Shown: one piece after another, positions 28,636 to 43,943 of the stretch
Numbering within the stretch: the stretch's first letter is position 1
Layout of the letters: each line of letters opens with the position of its first letter
From: Octopus vulgaris
Lineage: Eukaryota
Direction: 5' to 3'
DNA: 64,000 nucleotides
Assembly: GCA_951406725.2 (NCBI GenBank)
Contig: OX597829.1
Span: 47,678,001 to 47,742,000, forward strand
Program-made: the position numbers and the translations under genes
The notes under the pieces: generated by a model
Databases searched by the model: none
What the model was told of the DNA's origin: nothing
What the model saw: only the letters and a program-made list of their open reading frames with translations

Positions 28636-29264
28636 GGATGAATGAATTCATCTGTATTTCCATGTATTACGTATAAACATGTAAGTGCATACGTTATTAT
28701 ACGTGTGTATGCGTACGTATGTATATGTACCTGTACGTGCGTGTATAGTTTAATGTGATTTGTGTGAGGGCGTGTCTGTTTGTAAGTGTTAGTGAGTGTG
28801 TGTGTAGGGGGTGAGTGTCTGGAGGAAGGGGTTTCTTTCTTTTTTATTTATTTATTTTTTTCTTACTGTCTTTGTAATATACGCGTTCTAAATACCACTG
28901 CTGACAAGAGCTGAAATTCTTCGTCACCTCTTATCCTATTCCACCTTCACCGACACCTTTTCACACAACCAACATCATTAGCCTCTATTATTAAACAAAA
29001 CCATCACCACCATCATCTTCACCACCACGTATACCAGCAACAACAACAACAACAGCAACATAACACAGCCACAACAACAACAACAACAACAAAGACAGCA
29101 CCTCATCAATCAACTCTTAACCCCGTCAACACACATGCTCACACAAACATATCAACACCAAGTTAAGGCGAGTGCCTCTTCGTGGTACTTCAGTCTGCTA
29201 GAAATAAAAGCCGTATTTTCTCTCTAAAAAAGAAAAGCAGCCCCACCCGATTGATGTCTTAGAA

Positions 29265-29904
29265 CAGTGGTTCCCAAACTTTATCAGGCTGCCGGCCTTC
29301 GTGGCACTCGGGACGTATTCTGATCACGCCGCTCCACTACCTTACCTCCACAAAACTTACTACTTTCTGCATCGAATTCAAAACAACTGTATTTCACAAA
29401 TGACAGGTACTCCGTCGGTTACGACGGCGAGGGTTCCAGTTGATCCAATCAACGTAACAGCCTGCCCGTGGTGAAATCAACGTCCAAGTAACTGTGCACT
29501 CCACAGACATGTGTACCCTTAACATAGTTCTCAGGGAGAGCATTACCTACGTTTCAAAGCTGGACCTTTGAAATATAGGTACTACTCATTTTTGCCAGCC
29601 GAGTGGATTGGAGCAACGTGAAATAAAGTGTCTTGCTCAAGGACACAATGCGTCGCCGGGTATTGAACTCACGACCTTACGATCATGAGCTAAACACTCT
29701 AACCACTTAGCAACGCGCCTTCACATTTCACAAATAAAACTTAGCCTAATTAACCCATTATTTTGTTTTTATTTTATTATTTTATTGTTTTTCTTTATAT
29801 TCGCCCCCCCCTTTTGGCCACTCTACGTTTTTCTTGAACGACTTTTTGGATCTTTCCCCACCCCCACCCAGAGGGGGCAGTACCACCCGCTTTAAGAACC
29901 ACTG
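29265..29904. mobile_element. hAT-like MITE with nested SINE B (29402-29724, minus strand)
   Basis: TIRs CAGTGGTTC / GAACCACTG; imperfect 8-bp flanks TCTTAGAA / TTTTAGGA; SINE flanked by 11-bp TSD ATTTCACAAAT. Confidence 0.75.
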
Positions 29905-30814
29905 TTTTAGGATGTTAAGCGCGGCAAAAGTGTAGTTCCTGCATACTTCTAGTTTATATACAGGATGGTCGTGGCTGGAACAGCTTTAATCATATATTTG
30001 TGCGCAGTCAAGCTGAGCCTGGAACCAAATAACAGTTGAAAATGCAACAAAATGCATATTGCGTAGAACTATAGTGTCATAGCCACCGCTGCTACTGCCA
30101 CCAACACTAACATGAATGCTACCATTACTACTATAACCACTAATACTACTGCCATCACCAACACTACTACTACTACTACTACTACTGATGACGATAATGA
30201 TGATGAGGAATTTTAAAAGAAGTTTCTATAAAACTAGTTTTTAAACATCGGCCGGAGACTACAGAAATCTATAGGCGTTTGCCCAAGGTGCCGCGCAATG
30301 AAACTGAACCCGTCAATCGCAAAGCGAGATTCTTAACCACACAGCCACGTCTGCGTTTATTGTTCATGGCTCAAAACACAGAAGATATATTATGACTCTG
30401 ATAACAGAAAGAAAAGAAAAACCTCCCACATTTATCGTACTAACAACCAGTGACATCTACGAAGATTCTGATTCCATTGCCCACTGCATACAAATCATAA
30501 AGAAAACAATATTTAATACTTAAGAAAATGCATAAAACGCTGACTGGAAAACTGAAAATTCAGGCGCCAAGCCTATGTAGTGTAAAAGGAAATATTTTTA
30601 TAGCCTGAAATTTCATGAATGAAGTATACAAGGATTGTCCCTTTCACCCACTCTTTTTAAACAAACCAGAAATCACCTTCCCACACCTCTACAAAAGCAT
30701 ACAGACACTTTTATTCGCAGAGGACATCACACTCAACGTTCTCCGGTCAATTTGTAGACACTGCAGCAAAACTACTCCATCCCAGTTCAATCCTTGTTCC
30801 AAATTAATCTCTAA

Positions 30815-30971
30815 GTGCAGGTGTGGCTATGTACTCAGAAGTTTGCTTTTCAGCCACCTGGTTCAGGGTTCAGTCCCGCCGCGTGGCATTTTGAGCAAGT
30901 GTCTTCTACTACAGCTTCGAGTCGACCAAAGACTTGTGAGTGGAAACAGAAAGAAGCCCATCGTATATATA

Positions 30972-31042
<71 letters not shown>

Positions 31043-31335
31043 GTGTGTTTATTTGTGTATGTATTTGTGTCTGTTTGTCCCTCGCACACCATCACAGCTT
31101 CACAAACGGCGTACGTGTGTTTGCGTCCTCGTAACGTGGCTGTTCGGCAAAAGGACCGAGAGATTAACTACCAGGCTTTAAAAAAAGAATAAGTAATAGT
31201 GTCAATTCATTCAACTAAAAGTTTTCAGGATGGTCGCAGTCCAATGACTGAAACAAGTAAAAGATATACTGGGATTTGTTCAACTAAAACCCTTCAAGGT
31301 GGTGCCCCAGCATGGCCACAGTCCAATGACTGAAA
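30815..31335 (+). mobile_element. SINE family A with duplicated tail
   Basis: Tail CAGTCCAATGACTGAAACAAGTAAAAGATA present twice (~31237 and ~31320). Confidence 0.8.
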
Positions 31336-31879
31336 CAAGTAAAAGATAAAAGATACAAGCGCGCACCAACTACAACCAGACATCAAACTTGACAACATGA
31401 ATATTTACCACACATACAGACGAGAAGACTCTTAATAGTTGCAGACTACTCCAACTCAACTTTCAGAATGCACACAAAAGACAGTAAAGAAAGGAAAACC
31501 ACGCAAAAATATAGAGCAACCAATGCCAAGCATTGCTGTTGGCCATCTAGAAGAAAAAAAATAACAATGATGTAGAACCAATGCATTAGATCAATAAGGG
31601 TCTATGTCTATCCTACCCGTGTCTCTAATTTATCCGCATTAAATAGTAATAAGGTAAAATTAAAATAACCGTTAATAACTCACAGCTCATCATAAAATGA
31701 TCGCTACATACTATTTAAGTAAGAAAAAATATTAAACTGAAAGACCAACTGGACGTGTCGGCTCCAAGTAGCAAATTCACTGTCAGTAAATGAAAAGCCA
31801 CCAAGAAACTAGTGTCCGTCAACCTAAGCGCGTATAAAGCAATAACAGCCTAAAGACACCAGCTCTTCCATGCATCCCA

Positions 31880-32450
31880 AACAAACATAAAGCGAAACAA
31901 ATACACGCAAAAATATCTACAAGGAACAAGCCGTTGAGAACAAGCCATTACGGCGGATCTGATAAATGGCAAATGTTGACAGAACTCGGTTTGAGAGCGA
32001 ACGCAGATTAGTGGGAAAGATGATAAAAGCATTAACCATCTCTCGAGAGAATGCAATGAACTAGCACACAAAAAATGTGTAAACAGAGATAAAACTGTAT
32101 AGGTAAAAGGAAGCATTGGAATGTTAGCCGAGTGTGTGTCTTGGAAATAACAGAAAAGTATTATGAGCACAATCCAAATGCTGTGATTTATAAGAATTAC
32201 AGGATTTTGTGACACTTCTCCGTAAAGACTACCATACTATTGAAGCAAGGAGATCAGATATGATCAAAGGGGACAAAATAAACAGTGTGAAATCATACAG
32301 TTTGCAAGTCCCTCTGATAGCAGACTTTGTATCAAAAATATTGAAAAATATTGAAAAATATCAGGATTTGGCTAGAAAGTCAAAAAGATTATGGAAGACT
32401 AAAGACGACAATTATTCCAGTAATAATTGGTGCACTTAGCACCACACCCA
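31880..32450 (+). pseudogene. Decayed R4/Dong/NeSL-type non-LTR retrotransposon (zinc knuckle plus restriction-like endonuclease)
   Basis: EQAIT...DKSINHLSRECNELAHK (knuckle remnant), then IEARRSDM...IEKYQDLARKSKRLWKTK and, after a frameshift, IIPVIIGAL. Confidence 0.7.
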
Positions 32451-32459
32451 AAAAAAGCA

Positions 32460-33020
32460 ACGGGCGAAATACCTATTTCTTTACCACACAGAGGACAAAC
32501 AAGGACAGAAAGACGGATTAAGTCGATTACATCGACCCAGTGCGTAGCTTGTACTTATTTAATCGACCCCGAAAGGATGAAAGACAAAGTCGACTTCGGC
32601 GGAATTTGAACTCAGAACGTAGCGGCAGACGAAATACCTATTTCTTCACTACCCATAAGGGGATAAACACAGAGAGGACGAACAAGGACACACAAACGGA
32701 TTAAGTCGATTATATCGACCCCAATGCGTATTGATACTTAATTTATCGACCCCGAAAGGATGGAAGGCAAAGTCGACCTCGGCGGAATTTGAACTCAGAA
32801 CATAGCGGCAGACGAAATACCTATTTCTTCACTACCCACAAGGAGATAAACACAGAGAGGACGAACAAGGACACACAAACGGATTAAGTCGATTACATCG
32901 ACCCCAGTGCTCAACTGGTACTTATTTAATCGACCCCGAAAGGATGAAAGGCAAAGTCGACCTTGGCGAAATTTGAAGTCAGAACGTAACGGCAGACGAA
33001 ATACCGCAAAGCATTTCGCA
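32460..33020 (-). mobile_element. SINE family C tandem array, about 3 units of ~180 bp
   Basis: CGACCCCGAAAGGATG at ~32564, 32747, 32931; junction GACGAAATACCTATTTCTT. Confidence 0.85.
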
Positions 33021-33156
33021 AGCCTGCAAAGTATGCATTCGCGTATGAGATTTTGCACCGGCTTGTGCATGTGAATATCTGCTTATGAGTACTATGTGAA
33101 TAAATGAAGACATCCCACAAACCGAACGCACGAACTATGAAATGTGAAATAGAAAA

Positions 33157-33550
33157 TTTTTATATATAAAAGTGAAGTTGTGTGTCTGTCTCCTACGATT
33201 TAGATTCCTAACTACTCCCACATTTTGCGGTGCAGTTTAACCAAAACCGGGTATCTTATAGTCGTGATTCATATCGAGCCCTTCTGGGTATTAGCGCGCG
33301 GCTACGATGAGTCTACGATTTAAAAAAAAATTTACCATCAATTTTTCCCATTTTAATGCATTTTTGGCATATATAAGGGAAGTAACTATCTAAAAATGTC
33401 TACGATGAGTCAACGATTTAAAAAAAAATTACCATAATTTTTTTTTCCATTTTTAATGCATATTTTGCTATTTTTTGGCTATAGCTCTCTAAAAATGCTT
33501 ATATAGTTATTTCCCTTACAAACCCGAGCAACGCCGGGCGATACTGCTAG
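33157..33550 (+). mobile_element. Non-autonomous Helitron-like element
   Basis: 3' hairpin CCCG-AGCAACGC-CGGG followed by CTAG|T; near-identical to 46707-47103. Confidence 0.75.
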
Positions 33551-33799
33551 TTATAATATAAAGAAAAAAACATTCAATTGTGAGAAAACAGCTGTTCAGA
33601 CAGGTGCATTCTCCTTTAATGAACACCCTAAGGATATAAAACTTTAAAAAGCAGAACACTGAACGCTAAGAATATAAACGCAATACAGAAAATGTTCGCT
33701 CTACCTAACCATTGAGCTCTGGTACATTTTTTAGCTTAGTAGTTTTGCCACGCATGTGACCTCGCAAACACGTTACATAATACATAATGTATAGGTGCG

Positions 33800-33915
<116 letters not shown>

Positions 33916-33939
33916 GTGTTTATGTGTGTGTGTACAAAC

Positions 33940-34047
<108 letters not shown>

Positions 34048-34064
34048 TGTGTGTGTGTACAAAC

Positions 34065-34102
<38 letters not shown>

Positions 34103-34847
34103 TTGTGTGTGTGTGCGTGTACAAACATATATACGGATATTTGCACGCACAACACACACACATAATTATATATTAAATAATTATATATATCATGTTTGTA
34201 ATTCGTAGTCATATATTACATAATTACTAATTAGATACATGCGCATATACATATATACGTGTACGTTTATGTATGAGTGTATATACATGTATAATCATAC
34301 ACATGCCTGGAAACATACGTACCTATTTCAATGGAAGTACACTCGAACATACACCCGAACACATATCTTACCTTCACACTCAACCGTTCACATATACATA
34401 AACGTATATATATATAATCACAGCTAAACCAATAATTTGGTCTTCTGTTTGTTTGTTGTAAGCACGTGTAAGGTAACTTATATAACTTAAATATTTGATA
34501 GGCCGGCCTAATTTAAACGCAGCTTTATTTCGGTGATCAAACACTGACGCATAGATCTAAACAAACATTAATGTCAGTCACCAGCCACTAACAAATACGG
34601 GCATACCTCAATTTACGTCGGCAATAGGCTCCAAGTCATGTGACTGGACCGAAAAATGACGTAATATGAAAAATCGTTTTAAAACTGGATCTTTTCCTTT
34701 TGATAGCCAGATTTCAACACAATTTCTAGTTAACTAAACAATTTGAAACTTCGTATGCTGGTAGAATGTGTCAAAAGAAAACATTACTTTCACTTGGGTT
34801 TTTTGATAAATTTGTAATTTGTAAGTTTAACGTAGTTTAATTCTTCG

Positions 34848-35992
34848 AATTTTGACCAATGAATCGCCAGTATTTGAGCTGAAATCATTTGCGTTGTGTT
34901 GAAATCTGGCTATCAAAAGGAAAAGATCCTTAAAACTTTGTTAGCTAATATCTGTTTAAATAAATGATTCGTAGATATTTTCACGAATATTTTGATTTTA
35001 CTTTTCCATTTCAGTATTGGCTTTAAAAACTTTTTTTATGCTTTTAACCATATTCGGTGAGATATAGGTGAATCGTCAGAAACAAAAAAAAAAAAAGAGA
35101 AAAAGAAAAAAAGAAAATTAGGTAACAACACATTGGGGTAGAGTAACAGGTTGTACAACCCAGTCCAGTTTGGGTATTCACCCGGGCCTCGTAGACATAA
35201 ATGCAATGTTATTTTTTTAATCTTTTAATGACCTGGAGTCGAAAAAGACGTAACTCAAAACGACGTAGGTTGAGGTATGCCTGAAACGAGGAACCTCATG
35301 AAGCAACTGCCAATGTCTCCCTCAATTTATCTCTTATGTTTCTTGAAGACACTGGGCGATTTAATTCGGAGGAATTGTCACGTTTGGAAAGCTTTTTCTT
35401 ATAGATCTGCTCGATCAGGGCCAATTTGATAATTTAACAACAATACGAGCAAAAACGACGATGACCTGAGAAGCTAACAACAATACATGCGCGAGCGAAC
35501 CAACGGGTGAACCACTAGAAGTCGTTCGGCCTGCTAGATATAGCAGCCAAATTTCCTTCAAACCACAACTATTCAAGCAATAGCATCTTTGTATAAGATG
35601 AAAAAACAGCATTTTGGAACACACACATACACAAGCATATATATATACATATATATCTTATGTCTACAGGAGTTGGATAAAATAATGGAAACACCTTAAA
35701 TTTCAAACAAATGTATTTTAATATGGAGTAGGACCGCCTTTGTTTGTAATTACAGCTTGAATCCTATGAGGTATACACTTGTACAAAGTTTGAATTGTTT
35801 CCAAAGGAATTTTTGTTCATTCTTCAGTCAAAACAGTCCCCAGTTCTTGTAGCGATGATGGTGGAGGATATCGACTCCTTACTTGTTTTTCTGAAATGCA
35901 CTATAAATGTTCAATAATATTGAGATCTGGGGTGGCCAGATAAGATGCTCAACTTCACTAGAATGTTCTTCATGCCATTCAGTAACAACTTT
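34848..35992. repeat. Older paralog of the B half of the tandem-array unit (18920-20070)
   Basis: Colinear similarity from CCAATGAATCGCCAGTATTTG to CCATTCAGTAACAACTTTA, with indels. Confidence 0.9.
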
Positions 35993-36358
35993 AGCTGTGT
36001 AAATTGGTGCATTATCATCCTGAAAGATTGCGTTTCCCTCCGGAAACAGTTCCGCGACCATAGGATGAATTTGATCAGATAAAATGCTTAAATGGTCTTC
36101 ACTATTAATTGTCATGAAGGGAAACCACTAGGCCGGCGGATTTCCAAGATTACAGCCCCACGCCCAGATCATCACAGATCCCCCTCCATGTTTAACAGTT
36201 GGAAGAAGGCAGTCTGGGTCAAATGCTTCTTTTGGCTCTCTCCACATGTATATTCGGCTGGTGGACGAAAATAAGGTAAAGGATGACTCGTCCAAGAAAA
36301 TGACATTCTTCCACTGCTCTAGGGAACAATTCTGTAGGTTTTTGCTCCACTCTAAACG
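35667..36358 (-). mobile_element. Tc1 (DD34E) transposon, 3' half
   Basis: TIR CAGGAGTTGGATAAAATAATGGAAACACC; LFPEGNAIFQDDNAPIYTAKVVTEW; upstream VIFLDESSF and TVKHGGGSVMIW. Confidence 0.9.
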
Positions 36359-36594
36359 GTCCCTGGGTGACCGTAGTCAAGTGACTGTAATAAGGAGAAA
36401 ATAGAAAGTAAATGAAAAGTAAAAGGTAAACAGCATAATCGGCAAAAGTACCAGAGTGACTCAGGAGCCAAAAGTTTCGTGCGTTGCCACTCGGCCCTTA
36501 AGTCACTCTGTAACTTCTGCCAATTATTAATAAAAATATATCTACTTATGCTTTGAGTGTCATTATTCCTGTTCGCATCACCAAGCCTATCCAT

Positions 36595-37590
<996 letters not shown>

Positions 37591-37673
37591 AAAATAAGAG
37601 GATATGTATATATATATATATACATATATAAATAGATAGATAGATAGAAAGATAATATAAGATAAGATAAGAT

Positions 37674-37731
<58 letters not shown>

Positions 37732-37745
37732 TGACAATTAGTCTC

Positions 37746-37806
37746 AATAACTGACGAAATGCTGGAGCAGACTTCCGCCCCGACACCCGAAACTCTGAGT
37801 TTTATT
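37746..37806 (+). ncRNA. Type I hammerhead motif with intact core and eroded stem II
   Basis: AAUAA-CUGACGA-...-GAAACUC-U-GAGU-U-UUAUU; stem I 5 bp, site GUU. Confidence 0.55.
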
Positions 37807-37893
37807 ATGGCGACCGACTAGTTGTCACATATATTATAGATAAACATAATAGATTTACATAATATCGAGGTCTCATTCATTCTTTTGTTGTCA

Positions 37894-37994
<101 letters not shown>

Positions 37995-38552
37995 ATAATA
38001 ATAATATATATATATATATTTCCTCTTAACACGCCAATAACCAACTTTCACGATCTGATGGTAGGATAAAATCCCTTAAATAGCTGTACTCGTAAGATAT
38101 GTGTCTTCATCATCTGTGCGTTCCTAAGTAAATTGAAGCTGCGTTGTAGTGAACACGTAGCGCGCACGGCTGACGCCAGACTCCCCAAACACTTCTTCTT
38201 TGTGAGCTAGCAGCTGGCTCTCGGTCATGTGGTGGACCTAAGAAGAGATAGCAAGACACCTTCAAGGCATATTTTGAAGTGTAACTTAAAGCCATCTACA
38301 TAGGAACATCTTGCTCAAGATCGCTTACTGTTGTGTAGTGCTGTGTACTCTGGAATACAGCAATCTGAATTTTATGTGACCAGAGTGCAGGGCAGAACGG
38401 AAAATAAAAGACCTAGGTGCTGGATTCTACTATTTCGTGTCCCAACAATAACTGCGGATTTTATGCCAATATTGCGCAAATAAATACCTTAGAACCCACA
38501 AAGTGTAAAGCTGTTGATCTGGTCATCTGTACACACGAGAAAGATGAACATA

Positions 38553-38591
<39 letters not shown>

Positions 38592-38730
38592 TCAATTTAG
38601 GGTAGTAAAAAATTCGATAGAAATTTATCACTACCAGCGGCCCAGTGGAAAAGAAAATAGTCATGAGACTAAAATGTAAATATATAACAATTTAGGAATG
38701 GCCTTAACAGTTAAGGCCATTTCTAAATTG

Positions 38731-38790
<60 letters not shown>

Positions 38791-38796
38791 TTTTTG

Positions 38797-38842
<46 letters not shown>

Positions 38843-38854
38843 AAAAAATATATA

Positions 38855-39135
38855 GGTTTCAGGTGTGGCTGTGTGGTAAGAAGCTCGCTCCCCAACCACA
38901 TGGTTCTAGGTTCAGTCCCACTGCGTGGCACTTTGGGAAAATGTGTTCTATTATAGTCTATGTATATATATATACATGCTTATCACCGTAAATTAGCGGT
39001 TCGGCAAAAGTTTTCGATAGAATAAGTACTAGGCTTACAAAGAATAAGTCTTGAGTTCGATTTCTTCAACTAAAATCCTTTAAGATGGTGCCCCAGGATG
39101 ACAAAGTGACTGAAAGAAGTAAATAAATAAAAGAA
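38855..39135 (+). mobile_element. SINE family A, deleted copy
   Basis: Head GGTGTGGCTGTGTGGTAAG and tail GACTGAAAGAAGTAAA. Confidence 0.75.
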
Positions 39136-39200
39136 TACCTACAGATATATATTAAATATATAAATTACTATCTATCTATCTATTTATCTATCTATCTATC

Positions 39201-39237
<37 letters not shown>

Positions 39238-39570
39238 ATTTGAGGGAATAAAATCCAAATTTACAAGGAAAAAGAATTCAATTTAGAAATACTAAATCAA
39301 ATTCCACACAATATAATATGTATAAATATTAGATTTTATACATGGATATTAATATTACTTAATCTTTAGTTTTTATTGTTATTTTAATTTTGACTTTTCT
39401 ATTATATGTAATTTTCTAGATGGTGTAATTTAATTATTCATTTTGAATTGATAAAAGGTGTTTTTTTTTCTAATATTTATACATATATATAGATAAATAC
39501 CAGAGTAAACACATAAATGTGAAACAAGGTGGAAAAAAGAGTACTTAAATACCAGTGGTAGAGTAATATG

Positions 39571-39692
39571 CTTTATTTAAAGCAGCAGAAAATTCAACAA
39601 AACCTGTTACTCTGAGTTTCCCGTTTCGACGAACGGCAACGGGAAACTCAGAGTAACAGGTTTTGTTGAATTTTCTGCTGCTTTAAATAAAG
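39571..39692. repeat. Perfect 55-bp-arm hairpin centred on a hammerhead remnant
   Basis: Arms 39571-39625 / 39638-39692; centre UCGACGA-ACG-GCAA-CGG-GAAACUC-A-GAGU-A-ACAG. Confidence 0.85.
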
Positions 39693-39971
39693 TATATAGA
39701 TAAATAGATAGATTATTTCCGTCCTTCAAAGTATGTGTGTGTATGTGTGTGTGAGCGCGCGCGTGCATGCGTGCGTGTTTTGAAGAAGAGGTATAATCCA
39801 CCTCACGGCCTTCTTTGTGGTTTACGACAATTCGATTTCACTCTGAATAAAAAATATAATACGCAGAAGGAACCACAAAATGACAGCGAACCCAGGATTT
39901 TATGGTTGTTTTCGGCCATATACATATTTATGCGTGTTTGTGTGCGTGTGTACATAAATATACATACACAA

Positions 39972-40002
<31 letters not shown>

Positions 40003-40037
40003 CACTCACATACATATTATATCTATATATAAACACA

Positions 40038-40138
<101 letters not shown>

Positions 40139-40585
40139 CTGTGTGTCTGTGTGTATTACGAATGAATGATAAAGTATACTTTTTCAATAAAAATAAAATA
40201 ATATAAAATCAGTGATGTAAAAGAAGCAGACCATGTCATAGAAACTAAGACACCCCCCTCTCTCTCTCCCCCCTCTCTCTCTCTCCCCCCTCTCACTCTC
40301 TCTCTCTCTTTCCATCTATCTATCTATCTATCTATCTCTCCGTCCCATGTCTTATATGTCATATGTATTCAGGGCTGAATCGTTTAGTCATGTCATGACA
40401 CTACTTTCATCAATCTTTCATAAATCATACGAGTGTGAAAGCTTTCTTTTCCACACTCCCACCATGCCCTCTACACAAAACGCACTACTTTTCAAGTGAT
40501 CTGAGAAGACGGTAAACTATTTCATTGATAATATTAATTCGTTTGGCTCAAATGCGCCAAAGTTAAAAATGATCATATTACAAAA

Positions 40586-40662
<77 letters not shown>

Positions 40663-41199
40663 AAGACAAGACATGAAATAGAATAATTATAAAAGGGTTG
40701 TACCGATTGTCACACCGTGAATATAAATCAAAGTAGAATTCAATAAACACACTTATTATTATTTATTATACGTTTGACCAATCATTGAGTAAAAGAAGTA
40801 TTCCTTGGGAAAGCCTCACAGATTAATTCCCACTAGAAATTAGTCACCCGTGGTAAAAGTTCGTGTAAAAGCATACAAAGATAACGATGATGAGTGTTGT
40901 TTAATATGTACGAAATATAATTGAAAAAAACTTCCTCAAATTTTAACGTGTGTATGTATGATTGTGAATTTATATATATACATATATAAAAGTTCAATTA
41001 GAGGTTACATAAACCTCATTAAGGAATAATAATATCCAATGATTTTTACTGGTTTCTTACCTACTATTTATTTTGAATGTGAATTTTAATAGGTGAAGTA
41101 AATAGGTGAAGTAAATAAATAGGTGAAGTAAATAAACCGAGAAAATAGCGATAAATAAATTAATTATTATATTTATTAATTGCAATAATAGACATAATC

Positions 41200-41279
41200 C
41201 CTGACATCTGTTTCGATTCAGATTTTAAAGATATTGATTAAAATACTTAAATCATTATAAAGTAGATTCTCGTCGGAGA
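41200..41279 (-). ncRNA. Hammerhead motif, CCGACGA core variant, degenerate
   Basis: UCU-CCGACGA-GAAUC...GAAUC-GAAAC-AGAU-GUC-AGG. Confidence 0.45.
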
Positions 41280-41619
41280 TAGGCAAAAAAATATATGTAC
41301 CATTACATTTTTATGTTTTTACGTGAGTAATGTTTTATATATATATATATATTTATATATATTCATATATATATAACTGAGTAATGTTTTATATATATAT
41401 TTATATATATTTATTTATATAACTGAGTAATGTTTTATAGATAAATTCGGTACAGACCTTATAAAGGTGGGGAAAGGAAGGATATTTAGAAAAAATAGAT
41501 ATGTAATAATATATATATATATAATATACTCTGTGTAATCATTAAAAAGTATAGGGATAAACAATATTTAGTAATTAACCGTGTATTCGAGTATCATATT
41601 AATATCGGGGTAAATATGC

Positions 41620-42055
41620 TTTTATTCTTTTATTCTTTTAATTTGTTTCAGTCATTTGAGTGTGGCCATGCTGGAGCACCGCCTTTAGTCGAGTAAATCG
41701 ACCCCAGGACTTATTCTTTGTAAGCCTAGTACTTATTCTATCGGTCTCGCTTGCCGAACCGCTAAGTTACGGGGACGTAAACGCACCAGTATCTGTTGTC
41801 AAGCGATGTAGTAGGGGGGGGGGACAAACACAGATACACAAACATATACGTACACACACACAGACACACACACATACAGAAACACACAAACACACACACA
41901 CACACACTTATATACAACGGACTTCTTTCAGTTTCCGTCTACCAAATCCACTCACAAGGCTTTGGTCGCCCAAGGCTATAGTAGAAGACACTTGCCCAAG
42001 GTGCCATGCAGTAGGACTGAACCCAGAACCATGTGGTAGGTAAGCAAGCTACTTA
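41620..42055 (-). mobile_element. SINE family A
   Basis: Matches the family A sequence in reverse. Confidence 0.85.
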
Positions 42056-42272
42056 TAAAAATTTAATAAGGGCGTATAAGTAAAAATAAGAAATGGTTAG
42101 AATTATAGATAAATTTATATATATTGGAATGCATATATAGATATAGATACATTCAAATATTTATACATATAGAAATATATAAGAATATATATATAAAAAG
42201 AAGAAATGGGCACTTATTCATATTTTCATCGACCTCCGAAATATGAATAACAAAGGAAATCTAGTCAAGATT

Positions 42273-42918
42273 CTTATTTCTTTTCTGCCCACAAGGGGCT
42301 AAACACAGAGGGGACAAACAAGGACAGACAAATGGATTAAGTCGATTATATCGACCCCAGTGCGTAACTGGTACTTAATTTATCGACCCCGAAAGGATGA
42401 AAGGCAAAGTCAAAACACGGCGAAGTTTGAACTCAGAACGTAAAGACAGATGAAATACCTATTTCTTTACTACTCACTACGTAAAGACGGATGAAATACC
42501 TATTTCTTTACTGCCCACAAGGGGCTACACACAGATGGGACAAACAAGGACAGACAAATGGATTAAGTCGATTATATCGACCCCAGTGCTCAACTTGTAC
42601 TTAATTTATAGACCCCGAAAGGATGAAAAGCAAAGTCAAAACACGGCGGAATTTGAACTCAGAACGTAAAGACAGACGAAATACCTATTTCTTTACTACC
42701 CACAAGCGGCTAAACACAGAGGGGACAAACAAGGACAGACAAATGGATTAAGTCGATTATATCGACCCCAGTGCGTAAGTGGTACTTAATTTATCGACCC
42801 CGAAAGGATGAAAGGCAAAGTCGATCTCGGCGGAATTTGAACTCAGAACGTAGCGGCAGACGAAATACTTCTAAACATTTCGCCCGGCGTGTTAACGTTT
42901 CTGCCAGCTCACCGCCTC
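42273..42918 (-). mobile_element. SINE family C tandem array, 3 units
   Basis: Repeated ACAAACAAGGACAGACAAATGGATTAAGTCGATTATATCGACCCCAGTGC; GAAATACCTATTTCTT junctions. Confidence 0.85.
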
Positions 42919-43247
42919 AAGATTCTAACCAGCGGCGTGAAGAAATGGACGCAGCCCATATACCGCCGGCTCCGTTGCCCTATCACTTCTTTTATGTATT
43001 GATCAATTATTTCGATTTCACGCATTTAGATTTACAAACAGTAATTTCGGACGTCAAATACCACGAATGGTGAAAAGAAGGGCGCAGACACCGGCTGAGT
43101 GGTTAAAAAGCTTGCTTTGCAACCGTGTCGTTTCAGATTCAGTCACACTGCGTGGCACCTTGGGCAAGTGTCTTCTACTATAGCCGCAGTTTGAATTTGT
43201 TAGATAAAACTGTTGGAAAGTGTCTCGAATATAAATAACAATATGTA

Positions 43248-43378
<131 letters not shown>

Positions 43379-43493
43379 CACACACACATACATGCATATA
43401 TATACATATATATATAAATATATATATATACGAATATGTATATGTGTGTGTGTGTGTGTGAGTGTGTAGAAGGTTGAAAGGAACACACGAGTT

Positions 43494-43909
43494 GATATGT
43501 AAAATAAGACAAGGTAAAAGATGTTAAAATGATTCTATCATGAAGAACATTTTAGTACTGGTTTCAACCTTTGCGACTTTTTCAACTTAGAGTAAAGAAC
43601 GAAAAACAATTAAACTATGGAAAAATTAAATTAAAAGTTTTTGTTTTAACATTTCTATAGTTTCAAATACAAAGGACATATTTTGTGTCTGTCTGTCTTT
43701 CTTTTTTACTCTTGCGAAGGCTTGGTAGCATTTGAAAACTATGGAAATATTTTAAAACAAAAACATTTCATTTAATTTTTCCACAATTTAATTGTTTTTC
43801 ACGCTTTACTCTAAGTTGAAAAAGTCGCAAACACTGAAACCGGTACTAAAATTTTCTTCAGGATAAAATTATTTTAGCATTTTCTGCCTTGTCTTATTTT
43901 ACTTATATA
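43494..43909. repeat. Diverged ~175-bp inverted repeat (fold-back element)
   Basis: Arms ~43494-43670 / 43730-43909; contains UUGAAAA-AGU...ACU-GAAAC-CG-GUA at 43816-43845. Confidence 0.75.
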
Positions 43910-43911
43910 CT

Positions 43912-43943
<32 letters not shown>

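Noticed and set aside
34687-34929. 36-bp inverted repeat as a separate element
   Set aside because: Real, but best explained as a local inversion within a repeat fragment; no TSD or other support.
38681-38736. Short hairpin as a miRNA precursor
   Set aside because: Near-perfect AT-rich fold-back at the end of a TA-embedded repeat; no known mature miRNA recognised.
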